Of a stretch of DNA of 64,000 bases, positions 13,201 to 25,665 are shown piece after piece. This DNA is from Squalus acanthias (taxonomy: Eukaryota). How positions within the stretch are numbered: position 1 is the stretch's first letter; the number at the start of each line of letters is the position of its first letter. Under the pieces are notes generated by a model. It made no database searches and was not told the DNA's origin. It saw only the letters and a list, made by a program, of their open reading frames with translations. Made by a program: the position numbers and the translations under genes. The stretch covers positions 62,186,001-62,250,000 of the forward strand of contig CM059430.1 of NCBI GenBank assembly GCA_030390025.1, written 5' to 3'.

Positions 13201-16200
13201 TGAAATTTCCGCCCAATTGCAGCCATTCCGGAGGAGGTTGTAGGTCAAAAACTGGAAATCTAAGTGCTCTGGAAATCAACATTAAATTGTAATATTTTTA
13301 ATATTGATGGGATTTTACAAAAATATCATATGGTGGATAATTTCCACTGTTCACTATTTGTAGCTAAATTTCTTACACGTTTCCCTTTCAATAATTAAAA
13401 AAGGAAATCTTCCCCTGTTTGGCAAAGAACCACTGACAGATTAATGGCAGACGTTTGTTTTGTAAGCAAAGTGACATCTTACCTGAGTTAGAATTAGGAA
13501 CCAAGTAAATTGCCATGGCTGGAAACTGGAGGGTCACGTGAGACACCAGACAGACGTAAACAGTCCCTCCCTGGACAGGCTGTGTCTCTTCAAAATAGCT
13601 GGAAGCTTCATACATCCCGGCTCTGCTGAGCTGTTTAATAGTATGTATTCCGGTTTCAATGCGTCGATTATTTTTGTACCAAGTGACAGCCAGTCCCACT
13701 GGGTAAAATGAAGCCATTTCACACACGAGAGCCAAAGAACCGAATACATTACTTTCAGATGGGTTGGAAACAATCCTCAGGGGAGTTGGAGGAGCTGGTG
13801 ACAGGTCGAAGAAGAAAGTTAAATATCTGGTCTATTCTGGAATTTCTGAAGTCGAATAGATAGGACTTCAGATCGGCTACAACCGTATCAGAGAAGTATA
13901 AATCTGTATGTTTATGGTATAGCGAAAGCATTACATTTTACTTATTGTAGATTATAGAATCATAGACAGGTACAGCACAGATGGAGGCTACTCAGCCCAT
14001 CGTGCTTGAGCCGTCTCTTTGGAAGTGCTGTCCAAGTAATCCCACTCCACAGCTCTTTCGTCATAACCCTGCAAATGTTCCCCTTCACGTATTTAACCAA
14101 TTCCCTTTTGAAGGTTGCTATTGAATCTGTTTCGTCCACCCTTTCAGGCAGTCCATTCCAGATCATAACAACTCGCTTCGTATTTTTCCCCTCATGTTGC
14201 TTCTGGTTCTTTTGCCCATTATGCCCAAAATTTATATAGCTCCCTCTATAAAACCTCGAAACCTAACTTTCCAGTGTTATCTCGTTATTGAGAACAATTT
14301 GAACGCGTTGGTGAAGCAGCTCCCTCGTCTCTGTAGCGAATAGAAGATGCGTTTCTGAAGGCCTTCTATGCCTACTATTCCCGACCCAAAGAAACCTTCA
14401 GAATGCACTCACACATTGTCGCTACATACAGTGAGCAGCGGAAGCGCAACCCCACACCCATCGCCCATCTTGTTATGGAGGTAACCCGAGAAATCAACAG
14501 CGGCGGCATAGCATCTTAGACTGATTTTTTCACAATTAGCCCCGTCCACGAAATGAATTATATTTCCAGCCACGAGGATTTTTACTCGTATTACTTGTAT
14601 GGTTTACAATAAACGTACAACATCACAATCAGGGATAATAACTAAAGGCGAACCTTCCACTTCACGGGTTACATCGGCGTGAGAGAAACATTTGTACCCG
14701 GAAAATAAGAACTGTGGCGAATGGACTTTGCACAACTCAGGGACACATTCACGACATTCTTTACCGGTGACATATTCGCTTTTGAAGGGGTTTGAGGAGA
14801 AAAAAATGATTTGGTTCGTCGACCAGAGGCTGAGAGAAGCTATTGACTGAAGAATAGGAAATACAGCCAGGCTTCCGATACTCTGATCTCTCAGTCCCAG
14901 AGAGCACAGTGTCAGCCGTGGCTCAGTGGTAGCACTTTTACCTCCTAGTAAGAAATTCCTGAGTTCTAAGCTCTACTCCAGATACTTCGGGGCATAATCA
15001 AGGCTGACCCTTCAGTGCATTACGGAGGAAGTGCTGCACTGTCGAAGTGATGTTTGGATAAGATATTAAACCTCGGCCCCTCTGCCCTCTCAGGTGAACA
15101 TAAAATATCCCACGGCACTATTCAAACAAGTGCATGGAAATTGTGCCGATGTCCTGGCCAATATTTAACCCTCAAGCACCATCATTAACGATCGAGTCAT
15201 TATCCCATTGTCGGACATTGCTATGTGCACATTGGCTGCCACGTTTTCCTACATTTAAACAGTGACTACATTTCAAAAGCATTTCAACTACATTGTAAAA
15301 CGCTTTGGGACACCAATTGCGCTACATACGTACAAGTTATTTCTTATTTATCGCAGCAGGAGCGGGGACACAATATTTAAAAATAATCACGTGGATTAAC
15401 TTCTGTGTACATGTTATAATTGAAATTAGACTTTATACTCGATAACAACACGGTTAGTGTGATAGTTTAGATGGTCATCTAACTGCAGCTTTAAACAGTT
15501 CAGGATATATTCAAATAAGGCTAATCAAAATGTTATTTATACTGAAAACCTTTCAAGTTATCACAATTTGTACTCGCACCTGTATGGCATGACAACGCTT
15601 CCTGCGCAAGCTTACAAGCATGAAATAACAGAACTAATTATTAATAAAACGATCAAGATGGTTTAAAAAAAGCACACAGATCTACATGTGTTGTATTTTA
15701 TAACTAGAATTTCTATAATTGAAGCATTTGATTTCTAATGTAAATTTTAAAGCAACACGAGGAAGAGTGGGGCATGCCATACTTCATTATTTATTTTGAA
15801 TAACTGTGAGACTATACCGCCGATACGCTCTTTACAATGTTCTTACCACTGACGACAAGCTTTGATCCGCTTCCATTTGCTTTCCTATTTCCCCGATGTG
15901 TCACTCCGCAGTGATAAACTCCAGAGTCCTGGAAACTGATATTCCGGAGCTGGAAGGAGGCTCTTCCTTTCTCAGTAAGAAATCGTTTCCTGGTGTCTGA
16001 GCCTAGTTTTATCAATTCATTTTCGCCAAGTTTCCACCAATAAATATTCACAACTGAATCGCCTTTCAAAACAGGAAATGTGCAATTGAAGACAATGTTT
16101 GTACCAGCGATCGAATTGGCATTTTCAGGGGCTTGGGTTACTTCAAACGGAGTATCGGCAGCAACTATTAAGAAAATGAACATTTATTACAGTTATAAAA

Positions 16201-16329
16201 AACTCGGAGAGAGATTCTGAGAGAGAGAGAGAGAGAGAGAAACATAAAGACAAAGAGCGAACTAAAGAAAATACCTATGAAAATAATCCCCATGAACTGT
16301 ATGCTCCGAAGTACAGCTCTCATAGACAT
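4112..16329 (-). CDS. Gene A: SIRP/NKp30-like VJ-C1 Ig-superfamily type I membrane receptor with one ITIM (multi-exon model, ~316 aa)
   Basis: Phase-compatible GT-AG exons: leader 16329-16275, V 16164-15847, C1 13794-13483, TM 12113-11994, cyto1 11462-11422, terminal 4216-4112 (sum 951 nt). Tail ends ...GNPLTYATVVLLSSEKNGKSRRKVKCTE*. The last intron contains a Harbinger element. Confidence 0.8.
4912..7066 (+). pseudogene. Harbinger Myb/SANT-like DNA-binding protein gene (spliced, interrupted by a SINE)
   Basis: MADPRPRERGRRFSDQALEELLSAVE...WRVVAHEVS...QCRKK; acidic third exon from ~5692 cut by the SINE at ~6296. Confidence 0.75.
6296..6772 (+). mobile_element. tRNA-headed Deu-domain SINE (SacSINE1/AmnSINE1-like), near full length
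   Basis: tRNA-like head CTCAGTGGTTAGCA...GGTTCAAGTCCC; Deu core AGTACTGAGGGAGTGCTGCACTGTC...AAGATCCCATGGCACTATT; tail AAATGCAAGTCTTTT. Confidence 0.85.
7067..8460. mobile_element. Outer MITE (left end truncated) inside Harbinger 1
   Basis: Similar to 1964-3430 (CTTGACAGATC, GCCTGGTAAAA); right end ATTCAGGGCC followed by AAT. Confidence 0.55.
7351..8109. mobile_element. ~760-bp MITE, copy 2 (nested)
   Basis: TIR GGCCCAAAAATTCG / CGAATTTCTAGGCC with ATT target-site duplication on both sides. Confidence 0.85.
8600..9749 (-). pseudogene. Harbinger DDE transposase (HARBI1-like), frameshifted
   Basis: GFPMVQGTIDSTHV, NRKGYHSLNVQLV, FVVVCCMLH motifs spread over several frames. Confidence 0.85.
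11422..11462 (-). CDS. Gene A first cytoplasmic exon
   Basis: TTTTACTAG| GRERKDEEINCDKS |GTAAGT; 41 nt, phase 1-0, matching the equivalent exons of genes B and C. Confidence 0.75.
11994..12113 (-). CDS. Gene A transmembrane exon
   Basis: GSDSTSPSPYLRIFGCAGFALTFLVLVIIIGMSFRFSHCK; CAG| acceptor, AAAG|GTAAG donor; 120 nt. Confidence 0.88.
13091..13214. mobile_element. Short MITE-like element
   Basis: GGGAGAACTTTTTAACTT ... AAGTTGAAATTTCCGCCC, flanked by ATT and AAT. Confidence 0.45.
13483..13794 (-). CDS. Gene A Ig C1-set exon
   Basis: APPTPLRIVS...LVCEMASFYPVGLAVTWYKN...VYVCLVSHVTL (C1 motifs CxxxxFYP, W, YxCxVxH); phase 1-1, 312 nt. Confidence 0.92.
13955..14220 (-). mobile_element. CR1 LINE 3' fragment
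   Basis: IWNGLPERV...FKREL, typical CR1 RT C-terminus. Confidence 0.7.
14909..15345 (+). mobile_element. Deu-domain SINE, older copy (gene A V-C1 intron)
   Basis: Same head and core as 6296-6772. Confidence 0.8.
15847..16164 (-). CDS. Gene A Ig V-set exon (germline-joined VJ type)
   Basis: EVTQAP...FNC...YWWK...DSGVYHC...ANGSGSKLVVS; acceptor TTAATAG|, donor G|GTAAG; phase 1-1, 318 nt. Confidence 0.92.
16219..16240 (+). repeat. (GA)n microsatellite in gene A intron 1
   Basis: Direct reading. Confidence 0.85.
16275..16329 (-). CDS. Gene A leader (signal peptide) exon
   Basis: MSMRAVLRSIQFMGIIFI then a phase-1 donor G|GTATTT; short intron with a (TC)n tract before the V exon. Confidence 0.7.
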
Positions 16330-16426
16330 TTCAGTGATTGATGCTGGCCGTTCGAAGACAACAAACACGAAGCTCTAATAGTTTGGGGAAATAACGCTGT
16401 TCATAACCTGATGTGAATTGTGAGAC

Positions 16427-16457
16427 AGTGACGTGTGCGACTACACGCCTGTGACTG
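16427..16457. promoter_or_regulatory. Conserved proximal promoter motif pair of gene A
   Basis: AGTGACGT...CCTGTGACTG 98 bp upstream of the ATG; the same pair lies 96 bp upstream of the gene B ATG. Confidence 0.45.
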
Positions 16458-18784
16458 GTGCCAACGGCCGAATTCAGCAGTGAAATGAAGGTGTGTGCTT
16501 CATGTAGATTAGAGCCTCATCACACCACCCAATTTTATTTCAAGGCAAACTCAGACCCGTGTATCTGTTGAAAAATATCTTTAAGTTTTATAATGTTATA
16601 CTTGAGAACATAATTGAACAGAGCAATTGAGCTGTCCAATGCAATTCGATGTGTTTTATGAGCGTCTACAATGGTGACAGAAAGGGCCGTAATGTTACAA
16701 ACGCAATGCCACATACATCCAGCATTTCAGCCTCTTATAAATTTAGAAACCAAGTTGTACGGACATGGTCACCTTTGAGGTTGAAAAGTGTAAAATGAAA
16801 ACAAGTTAAATCAGGAGGCATTGATTAATAGTAGCAAGCAGAGATTTTGAAATCCTGACGATTTGGAGGTCTTCAGAAGGAATAATTCTTGAATTCAATT
16901 GTTTGAGGGAGCAGAAATGAGGAAAGGCCTGCTGGAAGAGATGTTTGCAGTTTAGTAGGAAAAGAGGGAAACATTTGGAACAGCAATGGTGTGAGGGACT
17001 GAGAGGCTGGATATGAGAATGAGAACAACTGTTAGATAAGAAGGCTTTTTTGTTGTTCTGTCCACGAGTGTCAGAGATATCAGAATCTCTCTCGATATGG
17101 GGGCATGTTCAAAACTTGAGGACATTGACTTTACAGACAGTCCGGAGCTGTTGAGGAGAAAATAACTGCTTGGCATGAAAGTGAGCTTGGAGATCATGAA
17201 GACTGTTCATTATAGTGACCTTTATCACCCACGAAAAACCTTGCCACCAACTTCCTTTCCTGAAATCATTCTATAAAACACTATTGTCATTATTGTGTAC
17301 ACGGAATAATCAGCTGTTGGTTAATAACATTCATGTCTGTACAACTCTAGGAAGCCCGAGTCTTGAATTGTGTCTTGAGATAGCGATATCACATCCCCGT
17401 TGCAAGACGCGTCCTGCTGTAGACTTCATCATGTTATGCATTTATTAAATCAATTCTACCCATGCAGGACTCATATATCTTAAAGTTCTCAGCTCCAGAT
17501 GTTTATTTCAAATAAACGAAAATATAGTGGTAAATTAAATTTCAGGCGGACTGTCTAAAAGTCTAAAAGTCACGTTGTTGACGGTCGTGTTCTAAACGCT
17601 TTGTCCGACTACCGGGATGCAAGCCAATGCAGGACTGATATAAGGAAGCTCTTATTGGGCAACACATCCCAGCTCTTTGACATCTACCAACGAGCAGGAT
17701 GAGAACAGCAACGTCATGGGAACATAATCATCTCCAAGTTCTTCTCCAAGTCACACACCATCCTGACTTGGATGTACGTCGCCGTTCCTTCATCATCTTT
17801 GGGTCAATATCCTAGAAGACTCTACCAAACTATTCGTAAAGACTGCAGCAGTTCAAGAAAAGGCCCACCACCACTTTGTATAGGGCAACTAGGAATGGGT
17901 AATAAATGCAGATTTGCAGATGTCACCCCCATTCCGAGAACAGAAATGGAAAAGCTTTTCTTCACACAGAGACTGATCGAAAATGGAAGTGGACTTGGAT
18001 ACTCATGTGAGGGCAACCCTCTGAAATCATTTAAGAGACATTTAAATGTTGTTAATGGGGAAATGTAAGTTTCTAGATGGCTGAGCTAGGATGGACCAAG
18101 TCGTCTTTCAGATGAAGCCAAATGTTCAAAAGGTTTAGATTTATCTGCACCCTAACTTCACCCTTGCTGCACAACTGAAGCCATAAATAAGAATTAAAGA
18201 TAATACATTTTTTATTTTATTTAACTGTTTGTTAGAGTGCATTTACAATGCAGCAACCGACCTTAGAGTAATAGCTCTACTTCTGGTCTGCCAGGCAGAC
18301 CGAAGTTTATATTGCTTGGCCCTCGACTGGTAGCAGTCAGGTCCAGGAGAGAGCTGGGTGCGGCGGGGATACTTGCTTGGGCAGAGCGCACTTGCAACTA
18401 TTAAAATATTCGAGCGTTCAAGAAGCTTGACAAGGAGCAGCTCTTCCCCTTTAAACATGCACATTTTGTACACCAGAATTGATACTGCCCTAAAATTGCA
18501 TCCAACTGCGAGTGAAGTCCAAGTAATGTGAGGGTGCATTCAGACCCCATCGTTACTATCACAGATAAGCACTTTTTTAAATTTACTATAAACCTAAAGC
18601 TGTCTCACAAACAATAGCGATGTCAGAGTGAATCCATCTTTGGGCCAAAAATAGACGCTCAGCGTGGTTGGACACCCAACTACACTTCACAGACTGCAGC
18701 TACAGAGTGTGTGTGTGAGTGAGAGAAAGAGAGAGTAAAAAGAGTAAAATAACCCATAACGTAAAATACCCCATAAGATCACAA

Positions 18785-19385
18785 GATATAAGAACTTAAG
18801 AAGTAGGAGCAGGGGTAGGGCATTCGGCCCCACGAGCCCGCTCCACCATTCAATAAGATCATGGCTGATCTTCGACCTCAACTCCACTTGCCCGCTCGAC
18901 CTCCATATCCATTGATTCCCCCAGAGTCCAAAAATCTATCTATCTCAGCCTTGAATATACTCAACGATTCAGAATCTACAGCCAAATGAAGTTAGAGAAT
19001 TCCAAAGATTTACTACCCTCTGAGAGAAGAAATTCCTCCTCATCTAAGTCTTAAATGGCCGACCCCTTATCCTGCGATTATGCCCTCTAGTTCTAGACTC
19101 TCCAGCCAGGGGAAACAACCTCTCAGTATCTACCCTGACAATCTCACTGAGAATCGCATAATTTTCAATGAGATAACCTCTCATTCTTCTAACCTCCAGA
19201 TGGTAGAGGCCCAATCTACTCAATCTCTCCTCATAGGACAACACACTCATCCCAGGAATCAATCTAGTGAACCTTTGTTGCACTGCCTCTAAGGCAAGTA
19301 TATCCTTCCTCGAATGAGGAGACCAAAATTGTGGACAGTGCTCCTGGTGTGGTTTCAACAAAGGCCTGTATAATTATAACAAAAC
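18785..19385 (-). mobile_element. CR1 LINE 3' fragment
   Basis: HQEHCPQFWSPH...LEAVQQRFTRLIPG...RTRGH; 3' tail. Confidence 0.85.
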
Positions 19386-19389
19386 TTGC

Positions 19390-21560
19390 TTTGAGGATGT
19401 AACGAGCAGTATGGATCAAGGGGAACCAATAGATGTAGTGTATTTGGATTTCCAGAAGGCATTCGAGAAGGTGCCACAGAAAAGGTTACTGCACAAGATA
19501 AGAGAACACGGGGTTGGGGCAATATATTAGCATGGATAGAGGATTGGCTAACTAACAGAAAACAGAGAGTCGGGATAAATGGGTCATTTTTAGGTTGGTA
19601 AACTGTAACTAGTTGGGTGCCACAGGGATTATTGCTGGGGCCTCAACTATTTACAATCCATATTGATGACTTGGATGAAGGGGCCGAGTGTACTGTAGTC
19701 AAATTTGCTGATGATACAAAGACAGGTGGGAAAGCAAGTTGTGAGGATGACACAAAGAATCTGCAAAGAGATATAGATAGGTTAAGTGAGTGGGCAAAAA
19801 TTTGGAAGATGGATTATAATGTGGGAAAATGTGAGGTTGGTAGGAAGAATAAAAATGCAACTTATTATTTAACTGGAGAGAGACTACAAAATGCTGCGGT
19901 ACAGAGGGATCCAGGAGTCTTCGTACATAAAACACAAAAAGTTAGCATGCAGGTACAGCACGTAATTAGGAAGGCAAATGGAATGTTGGCCATTATTGCA
20001 AGGCGAATGGGGTATAAAAATAGGGAAGTCTTGCTACAACTATGCAGAGCGCTGTTGATACCACATCTGGAGTACTGTGTGCAGTTGTTCGCTCCTTATT
20101 TAAGGAGGGCTATACTTACATTGTCCAAAGATGTGCGGGTTAGGTTGATTTGGCTATGATAAATTGACCCTTAGTGTTAGGGGTGATTAAATACGTGGGG
20201 TTACGGGGATAGGGTGGGATATGTGTCGGTGCAGGCTCGATGGGCCGAAATGGCCTCTATCTGCACTGTGGGGATTCTGTGTGATTCTGTGTCTGTGTGA
20301 TTGGAGGCAGTTCAGAGAAGGTTCACTAGTTTGATTCCTGAGATGAAGGGGTTGTCATTTGAAGAAATGATGAGCAGGTTGGGCCTATACTCATTAGAAT
20401 TTAGAAGAATGAGACGTGATCTATTGAAACATATAAGATTGTGAAGGGGCTTGAAAGGGTAGATGCAGGGAGGATGTTTCCCCTCGTGGGGGGATCTAGA
20501 ACTAGGGGGCATAGTTTCAGAATAAGTGGTCGGCAATTAAAACGGAGATGAGGAGGAATTTCTTCTCTCAGAGGGGCGTACATATTTGGAATTCTCTACC
20601 CCAAAGATCTGTGGAGGCGGAGTCATTGGCCCAAAAATTAGTGCCGCTACGCGAGAGTACGCACTGTGTACTCTCGCGTATTCTGTCTCCAATTGCCGGT
20701 TTTCTGCATGCACTGCACATGCGCTGAAAACCGGCACTTGGTGAATTCAAAAGGGGGCGGTTCCTAGGTGAACCGCGTGCGCGCTACAGGCTGTGCGCAC
20801 GCAGTGCACTTAGTGCTTTGAACGCGCAGGTAAGCATGGAACATTTTAGACATAAAGAAAGGTGGCGTAAGACCCTCTTTTAACAAGGTAAGTAGTTAAT
20901 TAAGTATTATTTTGAATTTTTTTTAACAGGTATTTCTTTTTTAGAGACTTTAAAGACAGGTAAGTTTATTTTTATAACTTTTTAAAAGATTTTAAATTTT
21001 TTCAAAAATTTAATTTTTAGTTTAAAATGGTTAATTTATTTAACTATACTTATTTTATTAATGTGATGGTTTTTTAAAATTTAATTGAGGTTTAGCTGTT
21101 CTTTTGGGGGGGTATAGATTCATAGCTTTCACAGCACTTATGTGAAAGCTATGAATGAAAGATGGTGTGCTGCCATTGGCTCTAACTGAGTCACGTGATC
21201 CCACAGCTCGCACGAATTAACTGCGCCTGTGGGATACGGAAGCCCTGCACAGCTGCTGTCCAGAACATCAAGTTCGTGTGAGCTCGGAATGAAAAAGCCA
21301 GCGCGCAGTGAGAGATCGCGGTGAAGCCTTACCCTCGCACGAAGGCTCCCTCACGAATTTTTGGGCCATTGAATATATTCAAGGCGGAGATAGACAGATA
21401 TTTGAGCTACAGAGGAGGCAAGGGTTATGGGGATCTGGCGGGAAATTGGAGTTGAGGCCAAGATCAGATCAGCCATGATCTTATTGAATGGCAGAGCAGG
21501 CTCGAGGGGCCAAATGGCCTACTCCTGCTCCTATTTATTGTGTTCTTATGTTCTTATGTT
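19390..21560 (+). mobile_element. CR1 LINE RT fragment with inserted V-SINE piece (~20122-20300) and MITE
   Basis: PQGLLLGPQLF, KFADDTK, LEYCVQ motifs; (TTCTTATG)n tail; V-domain CCAAAGATGTGCGGGTTAGG. Confidence 0.88.
20628..21367. mobile_element. 740-bp MITE, copy 3, inserted in a CR1 3' region
   Basis: TIR GGCCCAAAAATTAGTG / CACGAATTTTTGGGCC; exact ATT duplication splitting the CR1 sequence GAGTC-ATT-GAATA. Confidence 0.9.
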
Positions 21561-22920
21561 TCTTACTCTTAGACTCCAGCCCCCTTGTCATAAAGGCCAC
21601 CATGTCATTTGCATTCCTAATTGCTTGCTGTATCTGCATGCTAACTTGCTGTGTTTCCTGTAGGAGGACACCTAAATCTCTCTGAACAGCAACATGTAAT
21701 AGTTTCTCACTATTTGAAAAATATTCTGTTTTTGTATTCTTCCTACCGAAGTTAATGACCTCACATTTCCTCACATTATACTCCATCTGCCGCCTTATTG
21801 ACCACTCACTTAATCTGTCTATATCCACCAACTACAAGGCACAAGTCAGGAGTGTGATGGAATACTCTCTACTTGGCTAGATGAGTGCAGCTCCAACAAC
21901 ACTCAAGAAGCTCGACAATATCCAGGACAATGCAGCCCGCTTGATTGGCACCCCTTCTACCACCTTAAACATTCACCCCCTCCACCACCAGCGCACCATG
22001 GCTGCAGAGTGTATCATAGACAAGATGCACTGCCGCAAATTATCAAGGCTTCTTCGGCAGCACCTCCCAAACTCGCGACCTCTACTACCTAGAAGGACAA
22101 GGGCAGCAGGTGCGTGGGGACACCATCACCTGCAAGTACCCCTCCAAGTTACACACCATCCTGACTTAGAAGTGTATCACCGTTCCTTCATCGTCGCTGG
22201 GTCAAAATCCTGGAACTCCCTCCCTAACAGCACTGTGGGAGTACCTTCACCACCCGGACTGCAGCAGTTCAAGAAGGTGGCTCACCGCCACCTTTTCAAG
22301 GGCAAATAAGGATGGGCAGGAAAGGTTGGCTTTGCCAGCGCCGCCCACTTCCCATTTACGAATTTAAAAAAATCCCTTTGCAGGCTCTTTGTGTCCTCCT
22401 CACAGTTTACTTTCCCATCTACCTTTGTATCGTCAGCAAAGGTGGTTACATTGCACTCGTTCCCTTCAGCTAAGTCATTAATATAAATGATAAATAGCTG
22501 AGGCCCAAGCACCCCACTAGTTGCAGCCTGCCAACCTGAAAATGACCCATTTATCCTGACCCTTTGTTTTCTGTCCGTTAAGCAATCCTCTAGCCATGCT
22601 AATATATTACCAGCAACCCCATCAGCCCTTATCTTGCGTAACAACCTTTTTATGTGGCACCTTATTGACTGCCTTTTGGAAATCCAAATATACTACATCC
22701 ACTGGTTACCGTTTTTCTAATCTGCTAGTTACATCCTCAAAAAACTCTAATAAGTTTGTTAAACACGGTTTTCCTTTCACAACACCATGTTGATTCTGCC
22801 TAATCGTATTATGATTTTCTAAATGTCCTGTTACCACTTCGTTATGGATTCCAGCATTTTCCCGACAACTGATGTCATTCTAACGGGCCTGTAGTTCCCT
22901 GTTCTCACAACCCTCCTTTC
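21561..22920 (-). mobile_element. CR1 RT fragment interrupted by the 3' end of another LINE (21829-22372, +)
   Basis: FADDTK motif and GVLGPQLF; the insert encodes LDNIQDNAARLIG...WNSLP and ends A-rich. Confidence 0.8.
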
Positions 22921-24789
22921 TGGAATCGCTTTGTATCAATACCATTGATTTCAGTGTAAACAGATGAACTCCCCAGTGATTTACTTAATCTTAGGGATAA
23001 TACTAACGGACATTAAAGGCAGGTGTTTTAGCTGCACAGATTACATTTTATCTCTCCAGTCCATCAGTAGATAATTAGATTGTAGGAACTATCACATCCC
23101 CATCTGATATTCTCTGTGCACGAACTTGAAGCAGAGTTCACGGCAGCTGAAATCGGCTGCAGAACCCCACTACCTAAACTCTATTTCAACAGACAACAGG
23201 GCTTTTAAAAAGTGACCTTCCTGCATGACTCAATACTGCACCTCGGGGATCATTGACCCACTGAGCACCAGCGAGCTGCAAATGTTGTTTGAAAGACCTG
23301 TGCTTCGCTGAAGCTAAAAAAAAAACCCGAATCTGATGCAGCTGGTCACAGTAGCAACAGGTACAGGTCTTCATACTTGGCGGTAAAACTTCAAAGGTAA
23401 AATAGTCAAAAGGTCATAGAGAAAGAACTTCCTCAGAATATTGTAAGGGTGTATTTGTACCAAAAGTGCGTGTTCCTAGATATTTGTGGAAGAAAGTTTC
23501 ATTTGATTTCTCTTTTCAAAATTTGTAGCCGCTGCAGGTTTGCTTGACTGTAAATGAATGAACAAGTAAATCTGCACGTATCTAACTGTCTGTGGTTGCA
23601 AGCTAAATATACATGCAGCTTCACTTTACTGCAATAGTTGACAGGCGGGCAGAATTTCCTGCTGCGATAAGCATCTCTGTATTGCCTTGTGCAATATGGA
23701 AACAGTTTGATTAACAAGCCTTTGACTTTTATTTAACCAGATAGTGCAAGAAGCGTCCAGTTGTTTGCATTCAAGAAGTTTTGACCCTATGAAGCACATT
23801 ATGTTTTACTAACCTCAACTAGAAGGAGCAGTGCGGCCCGAATTACTTATTACTACACTCGGCCATTGACAGTGTCACCCACAAGACCATTGTATAACAA
23901 CGGGGATGCATTCCTACCAAAAATACTTTATTGATGAAAACAAATCCTAACAGCCCCTCCCCCAAAAAAGAGCGATTCCTCCGTCTTATAGTGGAATTCC
24001 TTATTAATATATTGGCAAATTTTATAAGGTAGTGATCAGCGGCAATCACTGAATCTTGGAAAAGACGTATTTGTTTCTCCTGGCATTTTCAAACTGGAAT
24101 TTCGGCTCTAGTATGGTTTATAAGTTGTGGCTGTAAACCATTGTTACTAACTTAAGCATCCCCGTCAAACCGTTTCCCCTGGGCAGCCAGGCTAACGTTG
24201 CAGTTTGAATCCAAGTTATTGCCCGACCTTAAGGAATTAGTCTCACAGGGCTTGTGTTCGACACCGCACTGAGTGTGACTAAACTGTGAGGTGAAAGTAC
24301 GTTAAAATAAATTTCCCATGGGATCCTTCGTGGTGCTCATCATTTCTATAGTTTGTAATGGCTCAATTTGTGTATCAGCACTTGTGTTTCTCATTGAAAG
24401 CAAAAGGATTTCGGCTGCATGTGCAATCTTCATACGGCTGGGCAGGATGCAGTCTCAGTACCACCGTGCGCCATTGCTTTAAAAGTGCACAGTGTGTAAA
24501 TGATGTGTTATCTATATACACTAAAGCATCCAATGCAGTCGCTACAATTTAGTTCGCGTCGATCAGTTCGGATAACGCTATCAGAGGGATAGCCGGTAGT
24601 TTGTGTGGAACCAGAGTCCTGATTCTCAGGTCTAGAAATCATACACTGGATATAATTGAATGCCCAACTTGTTCTCAATCAGACTTGTAATGACGGTGTA
24701 AAATGCACCAAGCGCCATGACTACTGAATTGTGAAATAAGTACATTAATGATTGGGATTACAATGAGTTGGTGGTGGGTTAAGATACGA

Positions 24790-25665
24790 TTAATAATACG
24801 ATTGGGCAGAGGCAACACGGATTTGTGAAAGGGAAATCGGGTTTGATAAATCTGTTAGAGTTTTTTGAGGTTGTAACTAGCAGAATAGATAAGGGGGAAC
24901 CAGTGTATGTGGTGTATTTGCATTTTCAGCAGGCATTCGATAAGGTGCCACACAAGAGGCTATTGAACAAAATTCAGAGGGAGCTGGATGCCCTTGTACA
25001 CCAATCACTGAAAATTAACATGCAGATACAGCAAGTAATTAGGAAAGCAAATGCCTTTATTACAAGAGGGTTTGAGTATAAGTGTAAAGACGTCTTACTG
25101 CAATTGTATAGGGCCCTGGTGACACCACACCTGGAGTATTGTGTCCAGTTTTTTTCTCCTTACCTAAAGAAGGATATACTTGCCATAGAGTGAGTGCAAT
25201 GAAGGTTCACCAGACTGGTTCCTGGGATGGGGGTATTTTCCTATGAGGAGAGATTGATTAGGTTAGGCCTATATTCTCTAGAGTTTAGAAGAATGAGAGG
25301 TGATCTAATTGAAACACGCAACATTCTTACAGGGCTTGACAGCGTAGATGCAGGGAGGATGCTTCCACTGGCTGGGGTTTCTAGAATCAGGGTTCACAGT
25401 CTCAGAATAAGGGGTCGGTCATTTAGGACTGAGCTGAGGGTGGTGTATCTTTAGAATTCACTACCACAGAGGGCGGTGGAGGCTCAGTCGTTGAGTATAT
25501 TCAAGACAGAGATCGATAGATTTTTGAATATTAAGGGATCAAAAGATATGGGGATAGTGCAGGAAAGTGGAGATGTGGTAGAAGATCAGCCATGATATTA
25601 TTGAATGGCGGAGCAGGCTCGAATGGCCAAATGGCCTACTCCTGCTGCTATTTCTTATGTTCTAA
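24790..25665 (+). mobile_element. CR1 LINE fragment with internal deletion
   Basis: KAFDKVPH-like, HLEYCVQF, RMRGDLIE motifs; 3' tail. Confidence 0.85.

Noticed and set aside
13483-16164. Rearranging Ig light chain or TCR locus
   Set aside because: The J-like strand is fused in the V exon, no RSS or separate J segments were seen, and there are TM and ITIM exons.
22930-24780. Additional receptor exons between genes A and B
   Set aside because: No Ig, TM or ITIM motifs were found on either strand by eye; a sensitive search could still find decayed pieces.
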